DNA from: a bacterium
Lineage (GTDB): Bacteria > Patescibacteriota > Andersenbacteria > UBA10190 > CAIZMI01
Assembly (NCBI GenBank): GCA_030647555.1
Contig: JAUSJG010000027.1
Coordinates: forward strand, 15,532-79,531
Reading direction: 5' to 3'
DNA length: 64,000 nucleotides
How positions within the stretch are numbered: position 1 is the first letter of the stretch; each line of letters starts with the position of its first letter. Below, piece after piece: positions 9,301 through 18,084 of this stretch. Below the pieces are notes generated by a model. It did not search any database and was not told where the DNA came from. It saw only the letters and a list, made by a program, of their open reading frames with translations. Made by a program: the position numbers and the translations under genes.

Positions 9301-12300
9301 CAACCGATGATACCGGCGGAACCAGCAACAACATTGTTTGGACAGATGGTTCGGGAGACAACTTGTGGAGCACCGCCGGCAACTGGCAAGGCGGAGTAGT
9401 CCCAACCGCCAGTGACACCGCGGTGTTTAATTCCTCTGCCACCGGAAACGTCACCATAGACACAAATGCCAGCGTCAAAGGCATCAACATTGCCAGCGGT
9501 TACACCGGAACTATCACGCAATCTGCAAGTTACACCGTCACTATAGGAACCAGCGGTTTTACCCAAGCCGACGGCGTGTTTTCCGCCGGAGCCGGAGCCT
9601 TCACCGTGTCCGGCAATTGGGCGCACTCCGCAGGAACATTTACCGCCAACTCCGGCACGGTCACGCTCAATGGCACCGCTCAAACCATCTCCGGCAGCAC
9701 CACTTTCTACAACCTCACCAAGTCCGTAGCCTCTGCCGACACCCTCACATTTACCGCAGGAACAACACAGACAATTACCAACACCCTCACTCTCAACGGC
9801 GCCAGCGGACAACTGCTCTCGCTTCGTTCTTCCTCAACGCCAACGCAATGGAGCATCGATCCCCAAGGCACGAAATCATTCTCCTACCTGGATATCCAAG
9901 ACTCCAATAATATTAACGCCGTCAAAGCCAACGCTGGTTCCACCTCCATCTCTTCCGGTAACAATACCAACTGGTTCTTTGATGACACACTTCCGACAAT
10001 CCAATCCGTCTCTTCCGATAAAGCCAATAACACATACACGACCGGTACCGTCATCGATATCGACCTCACGTTCTCCGAACCCGTTACCTTAACCGGTACC
10101 GGCACGATCACCCTCGAAACAGGGACAACAGATCAAACCTGCGATTTTCAAGTTACCGACTCCGCTACAACAACCTGCAACTATACCGTGCAAACAGGAG
10201 ACACCAGCAGTGATCTCACTGTTAAAACAGTGGAAGGAACAATCAAAGATTCAGCAGAGAATCAAATGACCAATTTTGTGCCCGCCTCCAACCTCGCCGT
10301 AAACAAACAAATTGTAATCGATACTTTCCCCACCGCACCCTCTAATCTAACCGCCACCGTTCTTTCTTCTTCTTCCATTAAGTGGGACTGGACGGATAAC
10401 AGCAGTAACGAAGCCGGTTTTAAGTTGTACTCCTCCACAGGGACGCTTCTTGCGACCGTTTCTACAGGGGTAACCACATATACCGAGACAACGCTCACGG
10501 AAAACACCACATACAATCGCAAAGTCGTTTCATACAACAACGCCGGCAATTCTGCTTATTCTTCCACCGTTTCCGCGCTCACCAAACTAAACGCGCCATC
10601 GCTACTTTCCGGTCTCGCCATCTCTTCTACCAGTATTACCTGGAGCTGGACAGACAACAGTGGTGATGAAACAGGGTTCAAATTGTATGATGAAAATAAT
10701 GATTTGGTTGCTACGATTTCGACAGTCAATCGAACATACTACACCGAAACAAGTCTCACCAAAGGAACCAGTTACACCCGCAAGGTTGCTTCCTATAACG
10801 ATGATGGCACGTCAAGTTATTCCAACACCGTCACCGTCCAAACCCTCGCCCTCGCTCCCGCTTCACCAAAGCTTTTCACACCTGTTCCCGGCGCAGAGTT
10901 GGACACGCTCACGCCGACCTTCTCCTTTGGCCGTGTCTCCACCCTAGACGGCATCAAGTCGTACACCCTGCTAATCTACACAGAAGGAAGCACAACTAAG
11001 TCATACACGATTACTGATCTCCCTGATGGTTCCGTCGTCAACAACTCCGACTACACCGCCGAAGGTAATCAAGATTCCATAACCATCACCCTGAAAACAG
11101 AAGCCGGTCTTGTCAAAGGTCCCCACACATGGAAGGTGCGGGCCACGGACAACAACAACGCAACGGGAGACTCCGACTTCGCTTCCTTCACCATTGTCCT
11201 TACCGAAACCACCGCCGTCATCTCTCAACCCACTCCCACCGCGACCAGCAGTCCCGCTCCGTTGGAAGAACTGGCCGTTAAACCTCTTACTCCCGCCGAA
11301 GTAACCAAGCAGTACCAAGCAGGGAAGACTCCCTCCCGTACCAGTCCCTCACTCTGGCTTGATAACCTGGAGAAACAAGCGCAGATCAGAGCGGATAAGC
11401 AAACGGAGAATATGGATCAGCTGTTAAGCAAGTTTATTCCATTTGAGAAGATCCAAGCTTTTAATAACCGCCTGCAAGCCTTTATGCAAAGTCTCCAACA
11501 AAAATTAGCCAGTTTCTTTAATACAATGAAGAATCAAATAATCGCCTTCTTCACTAACACAACGCCTTCCAGTGTTCAACGTTTCTTCGCTTTCCTTTCT
11601 TCCTTCTTCCAAAACACAAGCAATTGGTGGGCGGAGCTGATGCAACAGGGCCGAGCGAACAGACTGGCGCTCGCGGAACAGGGAACAAACATCTTTGTCG
11701 TTTCGTTTAATCCCGTGAACAAAGTGGTGTCAAGTATGCAAGCGGGTGTGTTTAACATTATTGAGAAGTTCCAAGGCATCAACACGCCCAAAGATGCCAT
11801 CCTTGCCGATATCACGGCCAACCAGACCGCGCTTAAGCAATCTACCAATCGTCTGGTCGAAGGTACCGTCGATTTCTTCGGCCGACAGTTTAACGCGACG
11901 AAGAAAATCGCCATCTCCCTCTTCGCGGGGGCGCACACCACGTTCCGTTATAAGGTTTTGGCGGGAACGGGCGTAATTATAAGGAATACCGGTACTTGGC
12001 TTCACAATCTAATGAGTCAAGGCCGAGAGAACCGATTGGCGCTGGCGGGGAGTGGAACGAAGGTAGTAAACACCATCATTGATCCTGTACAGAGAGTGAG
12101 AAAAGCCGCCTGGCTTGGTTCCATTCAAGCATTGGAAGTTCTGGAAGGCAAAGACCAACTGAAACTCGCCATCGCCGACGTCCATCTTTCTGAGATACTA
12201 AACAACGAAGCCACGCTTAATTGGTCCACCAATCGTGTGACTTACGCCAAAGTCAACTACGGCGAATCCCTGATGTATGGCGAAGAAGTATTTATCAACG

Positions 12301-12434
12301 ACTATCAAAATAAACAAACAATAAAGTTGCCAAACCTAAAACCCAACACGAAGTATTATTTCGAGATTATTGTTACCGATCTGCAAAAAGAACAAGCGTA
12401 CGACGCGTATTATAGTTTTGTGACGAAAGAGTAG
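6312..12434 (+). CDS. Giant (2040-aa) secreted/anchored surface protein: signal anchor, Pro/Thr linker, two tandem DUF2341-like + LamG/ConA-like modules, beta-helix-like Thr/Gly-rich region, Ig-like and two FN3-like domains, duplicated C-terminal helical region, terminal FN3-like domain
   Basis: N-terminal hydrophobic segment, then TPTPTSDPTPTP linker. Two copies of W..RKKITI...FP.L....G..DIRFT module. Each copy followed by LLDDVRISN..RSAEWI / LLDDTRVSSTARSAGWI (LamG signature). Two FN3-like repeats (W.WTDNS..E.GFKLY...Y.R.V.SYN..G.S.YS). Internal duplicate QGRxNRLALAxxGT. Domain names assigned by motif recognition only. Confidence 0.75.
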   Translation: MLRTFKSVFPGILTVVLFMGWFSLATPKLFAEEGVASSQETSTTPEVDPLATSGVVLGEATPASTPTPTSDPTPTPNSTPLPTPDPTPAVTPPITPVPNPSPTATPEGTDPENEKPNITKTEEDTDTGKLVTLSAPDETVNNQNVVTGTEIPEIYKVGQEGRIQIKWKNNNDQAMQFKAEDKNNNGKLDYVEWTVPHLSTQVFEIIYISKAFQLDENKEIISDIYDKVKTQDNNWATVKDGQSVRVTFQQVLDNTKDITIHARPKQNPLLSLFQAKPKIEVYPVYSTTPETSGVQASEPIATFQSIDKENTYQILLKDLKTPTDQFDLRVINGDIDFDYIVDPVGWLTNWTHRKKITIANTNVDADLTDFPALVSITADADLATALATGYDIRFTDSGGSTLLSYERESWSGGAGASATGIFWVKVPTIDDTVDTDIYVYYGKSDAVDGQSAVNVWDSNYKGVWHMDDGADTSHINDSTSNGKTGTKEGAATPSQTTGLIGKAQSFAAQQISTSNIGVSTVAGDKTTVDFWMKWDGTDEVMPFGFAAYDLYMHLSGIGFNSAQGDVYGIPTTGFSGNWKHITAVFFNGAYTGNTKIYVNGVSQTLTQLFGGAGSATVSVNPMISGWGYNSGYKFSGLLDDVRISNLERSAEWIKFEYYNQSSANAELTFASQENNVSWLAGWSNRKKITIDHTKVGGGTETQTNFPVLISLTGLSGINANGTDIRFTADDGGTYLAREIESYSAGALTAWVKIPTLSHTADTVIYMYYGNSSATEPAANSTYGSQNVWDSSFKGVWHLKEATGVNNADSTSNANTGTPTNGPVQATGKVDGSLSFDGGDDYVNVGTIINVGNTFSVDAWFNANEVKTAGLVSVIDSGGDGHYGIWTRNDGTVELILDWSTGWTSVSTTYSTNNWIHIIGTFDGTTLRLYKNGILAISNTPSGTPINASNNLVIGAITAASFPFNGLLDDTRVSSTARSAGWIATEYANQNSPGTFYATDDTGGTSNNIVWTDGSGDNLWSTAGNWQGGVVPTASDTAVFNSSATGNVTIDTNASVKGINIASGYTGTITQSASYTVTIGTSGFTQADGVFSAGAGAFTVSGNWAHSAGTFTANSGTVTLNGTAQTISGSTTFYNLTKSVASADTLTFTAGTTQTITNTLTLNGASGQLLSLRSSSTPTQWSIDPQGTKSFSYLDIQDSNNINAVKANAGSTSISSGNNTNWFFDDTLPTIQSVSSDKANNTYTTGTVIDIDLTFSEPVTLTGTGTITLETGTTDQTCDFQVTDSATTTCNYTVQTGDTSSDLTVKTVEGTIKDSAENQMTNFVPASNLAVNKQIVIDTFPTAPSNLTATVLSSSSIKWDWTDNSSNEAGFKLYSSTGTLLATVSTGVTTYTETTLTENTTYNRKVVSYNNAGNSAYSSTVSALTKLNAPSLLSGLAISSTSITWSWTDNSGDETGFKLYDENNDLVATISTVNRTYYTETSLTKGTSYTRKVASYNDDGTSSYSNTVTVQTLALAPASPKLFTPVPGAELDTLTPTFSFGRVSTLDGIKSYTLLIYTEGSTTKSYTITDLPDGSVVNNSDYTAEGNQDSITITLKTEAGLVKGPHTWKVRATDNNNATGDSDFASFTIVLTETTAVISQPTPTATSSPAPLEELAVKPLTPAEVTKQYQAGKTPSRTSPSLWLDNLEKQAQIRADKQTENMDQLLSKFIPFEKIQAFNNRLQAFMQSLQQKLASFFNTMKNQIIAFFTNTTPSSVQRFFAFLSSFFQNTSNWWAELMQQGRANRLALAEQGTNIFVVSFNPVNKVVSSMQAGVFNIIEKFQGINTPKDAILADITANQTALKQSTNRLVEGTVDFFGRQFNATKKIAISLFAGAHTTFRYKVLAGTGVIIRNTGTWLHNLMSQGRENRLALAGSGTKVVNTIIDPVQRVRKAAWLGSIQALEVLEGKDQLKLAIADVHLSEILNNEATLNWSTNRVTYAKVNYGESLMYGEEVFINDYQNKQTIKLPNLKPNTKYYFEIIVTDLQKEQAYDAYYSFVTKE

Positions 12435-12436
12435 AC

Positions 12437-12610
12437 GGACTGCCAGGGTCGGATATCGGGTCGGACTGCTGTAGCGGTCCGACCCGCATTGGTCGGCGAC
12501 ACGTTGCCGCCAATCAAGGTCGGACCGCTCGGCAGTCCGACCTTACGCAGACGGGTCCGACCCTGAACCCAACGTGGTTCAGGGGTCCGACCTTAATGCG
12601 TCGTCTAATT
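12437..12610. repeat. REP-like cluster of at least four hairpins with GGTCGGAC/GTCCGACC arms
   Basis: ggtcggac-tgctgtagcg-gtccgacc; ggtcggac-cgctcggca-gtccgacc; gggtccgaccctgaacc-caacg-tggttcaggggtccgacc. Same family at 1-73 and 55076-55178. Confidence 0.6.
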
Positions 12611-12742
12611 CAGTCCCCTAAATGACGATTTTAGAAATTAGATATTAGTAATTGGAAATTTTTAAAACGATATGATTTTGTCATATCTGCTATTTAGCGT
12701 TATACTATCTTTATCAAAAAACAAACTAACATTTCGTAACAC

Positions 12743-13960
12743 ATGTCCCTATTTTCCAGAAAAGAATCTTATATCGGTTTAGATATTGGTACGTCTTCAA
12801 TAAAGATTGTTGAATTGAAGCGAGAGGGGAAGGATCAAATAAGATTAGTTACCTATGCGTCCGCGAAGAGCGCGGAGTCTTTGGCGAGTGATCAAAACAA
12901 TTCAGCCGTCGCGCATGTTGCGACAATCGCGCACGAGATATTACGGCGCGCGGGGGTGACTTCTTCGGAAGTGGTAGCCGCGCTTCCCAGTTTGTCTGTT
13001 TTTTCTGCTGTACTTTCTCTCCCTGATATGAGTGAACGTGATTTGGAAAAGGCGGTTGTTTTGGCGGCCAAAAATTATGTACCATCGCCATTAAAGGATG
13101 TTGTTTTGGGTTGGACGGTGATGAAGGAGGGTATTTCGTCAAAACCGGCATTGCCTGTGGATAAATCCAATAATCAGATGCAGTCGGTTGTAGGTGCCGT
13201 GGGAAAATTTGTTGATTTGAAAAAAAATGAAAATTCGGGCCAAGAGAAGCAAATTGTTCCGGTTGTTCCCGAAGATAGCGCCGAATTGAAAGTGCGTCGC
13301 CCTCTTGCGAAGAAAAACTCGGAAATATTTTTGACGGCTGCTCCCAAGGAATTGGTGCAACGCTATTCGGCGGTGATTGATCGATTGAATTTGAGCTTGG
13401 TTGCGTTGGAAGTCGAATCTTTTCCACTTTCACGTTCTCTTTTGGGGAACGCGAAGGAACCGGCGTTATTGGTGGATATTGGCGATTTGGCGACAAATTT
13501 TTCGATTGTGGATAACGGTTATTTGCGCATCAACCAGAGTGTCGATATTGGCGGAGCCGTATTAACCAAGGCTGTTGTCTCAAAATTTGGTGTTTCGTTG
13601 GAAGTGGCGGAAGCGCGCAAGTTTTCCTTTGGTTTAACTTCGGAAAAAGATAATGAAAGTACGGCAATGGCTTTAAAACCGGTAGTAAAAGATATTATTG
13701 ATCGAAGTATTAATCTAAAACGTATTTTTGAAAGAAAAAGCAATAAGGTTGTTGGTCGCGTGGTATTGATTGGCGGGGGGGCGAACCTAAAAGGTCTTGC
13801 GCAATTTTGGCAAGAAACATCGGGGATGTTTACCGAGGTGGGAAATCCATGGAAAGGCGTGCGGGTTCCGCTCACTTTAACTAATAAGTTAATTGCAAAC
13901 GGGCCTTCTTTCGCGGTGGCGGTTGGTTTGGCATTGCGCGAATTGGAACTTGGGGACTGA
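12743..13960 (+). CDS. pilM: Type IV pilus assembly protein PilM (actin-like ATPase fold)
   Basis: 405 aa. N-terminal YIGLDIGTSSIKIVEL actin-fold phosphate-1 motif. C-terminal VVLIGGGANLKGL. Sits at the head of the pilN/O/B cluster. Confidence 0.85.
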   Translation: MSLFSRKESYIGLDIGTSSIKIVELKREGKDQIRLVTYASAKSAESLASDQNNSAVAHVATIAHEILRRAGVTSSEVVAALPSLSVFSAVLSLPDMSERDLEKAVVLAAKNYVPSPLKDVVLGWTVMKEGISSKPALPVDKSNNQMQSVVGAVGKFVDLKKNENSGQEKQIVPVVPEDSAELKVRRPLAKKNSEIFLTAAPKELVQRYSAVIDRLNLSLVALEVESFPLSRSLLGNAKEPALLVDIGDLATNFSIVDNGYLRINQSVDIGGAVLTKAVVSKFGVSLEVAEARKFSFGLTSEKDNESTAMALKPVVKDIIDRSINLKRIFERKSNKVVGRVVLIGGGANLKGLAQFWQETSGMFTEVGNPWKGVRVPLTLTNKLIANGPSFAVAVGLALRELELGD

Positions 13961-14129
13961 CGTAAATAAACTATCCATCTTATGTCCACTACATCTCTGA
14001 CTACAATTACTACTCAATCACAAAATCTCTCACCGTACTTACAGTACGCCTCAAGATTTTGTTCAATCGTAGTAACCGTATTCAGAGCGTATTGAACAGA
14101 ATATGGACAGGTTATTTACGTCAGTCCCC
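13952..14129. repeat. 178-bp element bounded by 27-bp terminal inverted repeats (ggggactgacgtaaataaactatccat ... atggacaggttatttacgtcagtcccc); left TIR overlaps the pilM stop codon; a third TIR copy at 6102-6128
   Basis: Inverted repeats read directly. Reverse complement of the right arm is ggggactgacgtaaataacctgtccat. Near-identical 27-mer at 6102-6128. Confidence 0.55.
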
Positions 14130-14192
14130 AAAGCGAGTAAAATAGAATAAGTTATTCACAGGAGAGATATACACACTAAACAAAACACTACA

Positions 14193-14843
14193 ATGCCGAA
14201 AATAAATCTAGCTCAAGAAACAATGCGAAACCAAGCCATTGCGCGACGACGCAAGGTTGTGTATTTATTTTCGATTGTCGTCTTGGTGATTGTTGGTGCG
14301 TTTTATTTTGGCGTTTTGTTGCTAACAAAAAATTCTGAGGGAAAAGTGGCCGAAGTTGATAAACGTATCAAGGGTTTGGAACAACAAATTAAATCGCGCG
14401 AAGTCTCGGCAAAACAGATCAAGGCGTTTAGTATGCGTTTAGTTAATGTGGAGAGTCTTCTGAAAAACCATACGCGCTGGTCAACGACTTTGAGTGAGCT
14501 GGAGCGCCTAGTTTTGCCATCTGTTAGCATCCTTGGATTAAATGGCGGTGCGGATACCAAAGAGATCACGATGGATGTTTCGGCGCCAACAATCGAAACC
14601 GCGGCCGATCTTGTCGTGTCGCTAGAATCGGAGGCAAAAAATAATGAAACATTTTTCAGTAACGTTATTGCGTCATCATTGGGTTCGAGTAGTTCGAGCA
14701 GTTCAACGCCTAACGCAAGTACTGTTTTTGCTACAAAGCTTAAGTTTATAGTTAAACCGGAAGGGTTTCTTGATAAGAACATTTCCGTTTCTTCAGCCGA
14801 GTCTCCGGCTGTGGCGACGCCCGTTAATCCATTAATTCCCTAA
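14193..14843 (+). CDS. pilN: PilN-like type IV pilus inner-membrane assembly protein
   Basis: 216 aa. Single N-terminal TM helix then coiled-coil. Positioned after pilM. Confidence 0.55.
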   Translation: MPKINLAQETMRNQAIARRRKVVYLFSIVVLVIVGAFYFGVLLLTKNSEGKVAEVDKRIKGLEQQIKSREVSAKQIKAFSMRLVNVESLLKNHTRWSTTLSELERLVLPSVSILGLNGGADTKEITMDVSAPTIETAADLVVSLESEAKNNETFFSNVIASSLGSSSSSSSTPNASTVFATKLKFIVKPEGFLDKNISVSSAESPAVATPVNPLIP

Positions 14844-14847
14844 TCTT

Positions 14848-15495
14848 ATGGCACGCGCAACAACTGGTCTTTCTTACCTAACATTTGGTGTTGTAGTTTT
14901 GGGCTCATTAGTCTTTGGTGTTTTCGTCTTAATTCCGCAATTTGGACAATACAATTCGGCAAACGCGCAATTGGCACAGGCGTTAACGCAAGAACAAAAT
15001 AACCAAGCCTTCTTGGATAATTTGGATCTGCGAACTGAAGAGTTGAAAAAATATAGTGCTGATGCGAAAGCGCTTAGTGTGGTTTTGCCGGATAGATTTA
15101 TGCAGAGCAGTTTTTGGGTAAATATTAATGATTTGGCCATAAAGGCGGGAGTAGTGGTAAACACGATAAGTGATTCAAAAAAAGAAGCTGTTCCGCAAAG
15201 TAATACAAATCAACCAGTGGTGACCGCAAAATCCGTGTTGGCGAGTGACGGCACTCCGGTTGTTCAGGAAAATATTGTTTCGTCTCCAACCTCGAGATTG
15301 GAAAAATGGGTGACGTCTATTCAGGTTAAAGGTAACTATTCGCAGATTAGGGCGTTTATCAAGAATTTAGAGAGTTCTCTTATTCTTTCGGATTTGAAGG
15401 AGCTTAAGTTGTCTCCGGGAGCGTCTTCCGATAAAAGTACCGTAGTGGATATGCTTTCGGCCGACATGACGATTCGAACATATGTTCAACCTTAG
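14848..15495 (+). CDS. pilO: PilO-like type IV pilus assembly protein
   Basis: 215 aa. N-terminal TM then coiled-coil (AQLAQALTQEQNNQAFLDNLDLRTEELKK). Gene order pilMNO. Confidence 0.5.
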   Translation: MARATTGLSYLTFGVVVLGSLVFGVFVLIPQFGQYNSANAQLAQALTQEQNNQAFLDNLDLRTEELKKYSADAKALSVVLPDRFMQSSFWVNINDLAIKAGVVVNTISDSKKEAVPQSNTNQPVVTAKSVLASDGTPVVQENIVSSPTSRLEKWVTSIQVKGNYSQIRAFIKNLESSLILSDLKELKLSPGASSDKSTVVDMLSADMTIRTYVQP

Positions 15496-15512
15496 TTCAT
15501 AATACCGATACC

Positions 15513-15806
15513 ATGAATTCACAAAATATCAGAGTTGTCGCTTATAGTGCAGTGGGGGTATTAGTATTAGTGCTTGTTGGTATTGTTAGTTACATTTATT
15601 TATCCGGCCGACAGCCGGCGGGTTTACAGCAGGTTGCGCGTTTAAATGTGGGCGGTGTTTCGTCGAATGAGGCTAATAGTCCCTTTAATGTCGCGGTGTT
15701 AAACAGTGGTGCGTATAAAGCGCTGGATAAGTCCTTGCTTGATGCGGATAAGTTGCCCGTAAAAGTGCCGGAAAACAGAGGTAAAGCCAATCTTTTTGGA
15801 ATATAG
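15513..15806 (+). CDS. Small single-TM protein; possible PilP-like component
   Basis: 97 aa. One TM helix. Position between pilO and pilB only. Confidence 0.3.
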   Translation: MNSQNIRVVAYSAVGVLVLVLVGIVSYIYLSGRQPAGLQQVARLNVGGVSSNEANSPFNVAVLNSGAYKALDKSLLDADKLPVKVPENRGKANLFGI

Positions 15807-15853
15807 TTTTAATGAGAGGAGAATGAGTGAAGAAATATTCAGGGCGGTAACGC

Positions 15854-17626
15854 TTGAGTAATTTGCGATTTTTAAAAAATATGGCTCAATATAATCAAGG
15901 TTCAATCGAAGATGTCTTAGAAGAATGGGGTTTTCTTGCGACTGATCAAAAAGAAACACTTAGGGATACGGCGATTAAAAGTGGTCGCACGATCGATGAG
16001 ATTTTGTTGAGTGAAAGAGTTGTTCCCGAAGAGCAGTTTTATCGTGCCAAAGGAAAAGTACTTGGTATTCCATACATCAATTTGGCAGATTTAGAGATAC
16101 AACCGGACGCCGTTTCAGTTATTGCCGCGGATGTGGCAAAGAATTATAATTTTTTAGCTTTTGCTAAAGACGGGACGACATTGCATGTGGCAATGGCCCA
16201 ACCGGACGACTTTCAGGCGTTGGAAGCATTAAAATTTCTAACAAAAAATACGGGCTTAAAAACGGAAATTCATATCGCTTCGGCCACATCTGTTTTGGAC
16301 GCGCTTTCAAAGATTTCCGGTGGCTTGACCGGGGAAGTGCAGAGCGCGATCAGAGAGTTTAATGAGGAATTGGAAGATGTTCGAAAGGATGTAAGGGGCG
16401 GTGACAGAGATGTGGAAAAAATAGTCGGCGAAGCGCCCGTTACAAAAGCGGTGGCGGTTATTTTACGCCACGGCATTGAAGGAAAGGCGTCGGATGTACA
16501 CATTGAACCAAGCGCGGAAAATTTGCGCGTCAGATTTCGTGTTGATGGGTTGCTATATACGAGCCTTCTTTTGCCGTTAAAACTGCATAATCCGTTAACA
16601 TCGCGTATTAAAATTTTAAGTAATTTAAAAATAGACGAACAGAGATTGCCACAAGACGGTCGGTTTTCCACAAGCGCCGGTGGGCATGAATATGACATCC
16701 GTGTCTCTATTTTGCCAACGGTCTACGGTGAAAAAATTGTTTTACGTATTTTGGACAAATCGCAAGGGGCGGTACCGTTTGAAAAACTTGGTTATACCGG
16801 TGTGCGCTTGGAACACTTCAAAGCATCTTTAGCTAAGCCACACGGATTAATATTGATCACCGGCCCAACCGGTTCTGGAAAATCAACAACGTTATACACA
16901 GCTATTGATAGCATCTGTGATTCAACTCTTAATGTTGTTACTCTCGAAGATCCTGTTGAATATCGTATCGCGGGCACCAATCAGTCACAAATTAATTCGG
17001 ATATTAATTTTTCTTTTGCTAATGGTTTACGAAGTATTTTGCGTCAAGATCCCGATATAATTATGGTTGGAGAAATTCGTGACAAAGAAACGGCCGAATT
17101 GGCGGTACATGCCGCGTTAACCGGTCATTTGGTGTTGTCTACGTTGCATACCAATGACGCAATCGGCGCAATTCCGCGCTTGATCGACATGGGACTTGAA
17201 CCGTTTTTGTTGGCTGCCGTGTTTCGCGTGGTTGGCGCGCAACGTTTGGTTAGACGTCTTTGTGAAGCGTGTAAAAAAGAAGTTCCCATTCCAATGGAAT
17301 TTCGTGATATAATAACCAATGTAATCGCAACTGTTCCTGATTCAGAAAAAACGGAAGCAAATCAGAAAGATCCTAAGGTTCTTTATGAAGCCGAGGGATG
17401 TAAGGATTGTGGTGGCAAGGGCACGAGCGGGCGTATCGCTGTCGTGGAAGTTATCCCAATTACAGAGGATTTAAGGCAGGCGATGATGTTGCGTAAATCG
17501 CAAGCGGATATGTATAAGATTGTTGTAAAGGAAAGAATTCTTTCAATGCGTCAAGACGGTTTTCTTAAAGCGTTACTCGGAGTAGTATCATTAAGAGAGG
17601 TTCTCGAAGTTACGTCAGAGGATTAG
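15854..17626 (+). CDS. pilB: Type IV pilus assembly ATPase PilB (GspE family)
   Basis: 590 aa. N-terminal GSPII_E N-domain. Walker A GPTGSGKSTTLY. Asp box and His box. Tetracysteine CEACKK...CKDCGGKG zinc motif. Confidence 0.9.
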   Translation: MSNLRFLKNMAQYNQGSIEDVLEEWGFLATDQKETLRDTAIKSGRTIDEILLSERVVPEEQFYRAKGKVLGIPYINLADLEIQPDAVSVIAADVAKNYNFLAFAKDGTTLHVAMAQPDDFQALEALKFLTKNTGLKTEIHIASATSVLDALSKISGGLTGEVQSAIREFNEELEDVRKDVRGGDRDVEKIVGEAPVTKAVAVILRHGIEGKASDVHIEPSAENLRVRFRVDGLLYTSLLLPLKLHNPLTSRIKILSNLKIDEQRLPQDGRFSTSAGGHEYDIRVSILPTVYGEKIVLRILDKSQGAVPFEKLGYTGVRLEHFKASLAKPHGLILITGPTGSGKSTTLYTAIDSICDSTLNVVTLEDPVEYRIAGTNQSQINSDINFSFANGLRSILRQDPDIIMVGEIRDKETAELAVHAALTGHLVLSTLHTNDAIGAIPRLIDMGLEPFLLAAVFRVVGAQRLVRRLCEACKKEVPIPMEFRDIITNVIATVPDSEKTEANQKDPKVLYEAEGCKDCGGKGTSGRIAVVEVIPITEDLRQAMMLRKSQADMYKIVVKERILSMRQDGFLKALLGVVSLREVLEVTSED

Positions 17627-17665
17627 TAAGTGTAAAATTTTTTATCATTAGCAAACCATCTGATT

Positions 17666-18055
17666 ATGGATCCAGCCAAAGCAAAAATATTACTAGTTGA
17701 AGATGATACGTTCATTTCGGGCATGTACCAAACAAAACTTTCGATGCTTGGCTATTCAGTGCGGGTTGCTTCTGACGGTGAAGCAGGGTGGGCAGAGTTG
17801 CAAAAAGAGGCACCGAATATTGTTTTGCTGGATATTGTTCTTCCCAAAAAAGATGGCTTTGAGATTCTTAGTGAAATCAGAGCAAGCGCGACTTTAAAGA
17901 ATTTGCCGGTAATTTTATTAACAAACCTTGGTCAAAAACCGGACGTTCAGAAAGGTTTGGAATTAGGCGCCGATGACTATATTATTAAGGCGCATTTCAC
18001 GCCAACTGAAGTTGTGGAAAAGATTGAAAAAATGTTAGCCAAAAAAATAGCCTGA
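17666..18055 (+). CDS. Stand-alone CheY-like response-regulator receiver domain (PilH-like)
   Basis: 129 aa. ILLVEDD ... LLDIVLPKKDG ... K residues of the receiver fold. No output domain. Confidence 0.8.
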   Translation: MDPAKAKILLVEDDTFISGMYQTKLSMLGYSVRVASDGEAGWAELQKEAPNIVLLDIVLPKKDGFEILSEIRASATLKNLPVILLTNLGQKPDVQKGLELGADDYIIKAHFTPTEVVEKIEKMLAKKIA

Positions 18056-18084
18056 AGTAGTAGCAGATTTAATAACATAAAAAA

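Noticed and set aside
9162-9812. 216-aa minus-strand ORF inside the giant gene (also 7542-7970, 10262-10549, 11001-11318)
   Set aside because: Antisense to a strongly supported long CDS. Gly/Cys-rich antisense translation of the Thr/Gly-rich beta-solenoid region.
12849-13496. 215-aa minus-strand ORF
   Set aside because: Antisense to pilM, which has clear actin-fold motifs. Pro-rich low-complexity translation.
14303-14782. 159-aa minus-strand ORF antisense to pilN (also 15596-15959 and 16270-16698 minus ORFs)
   Set aside because: Antisense to the operon-organised pilN/O/B genes. No supporting motifs.
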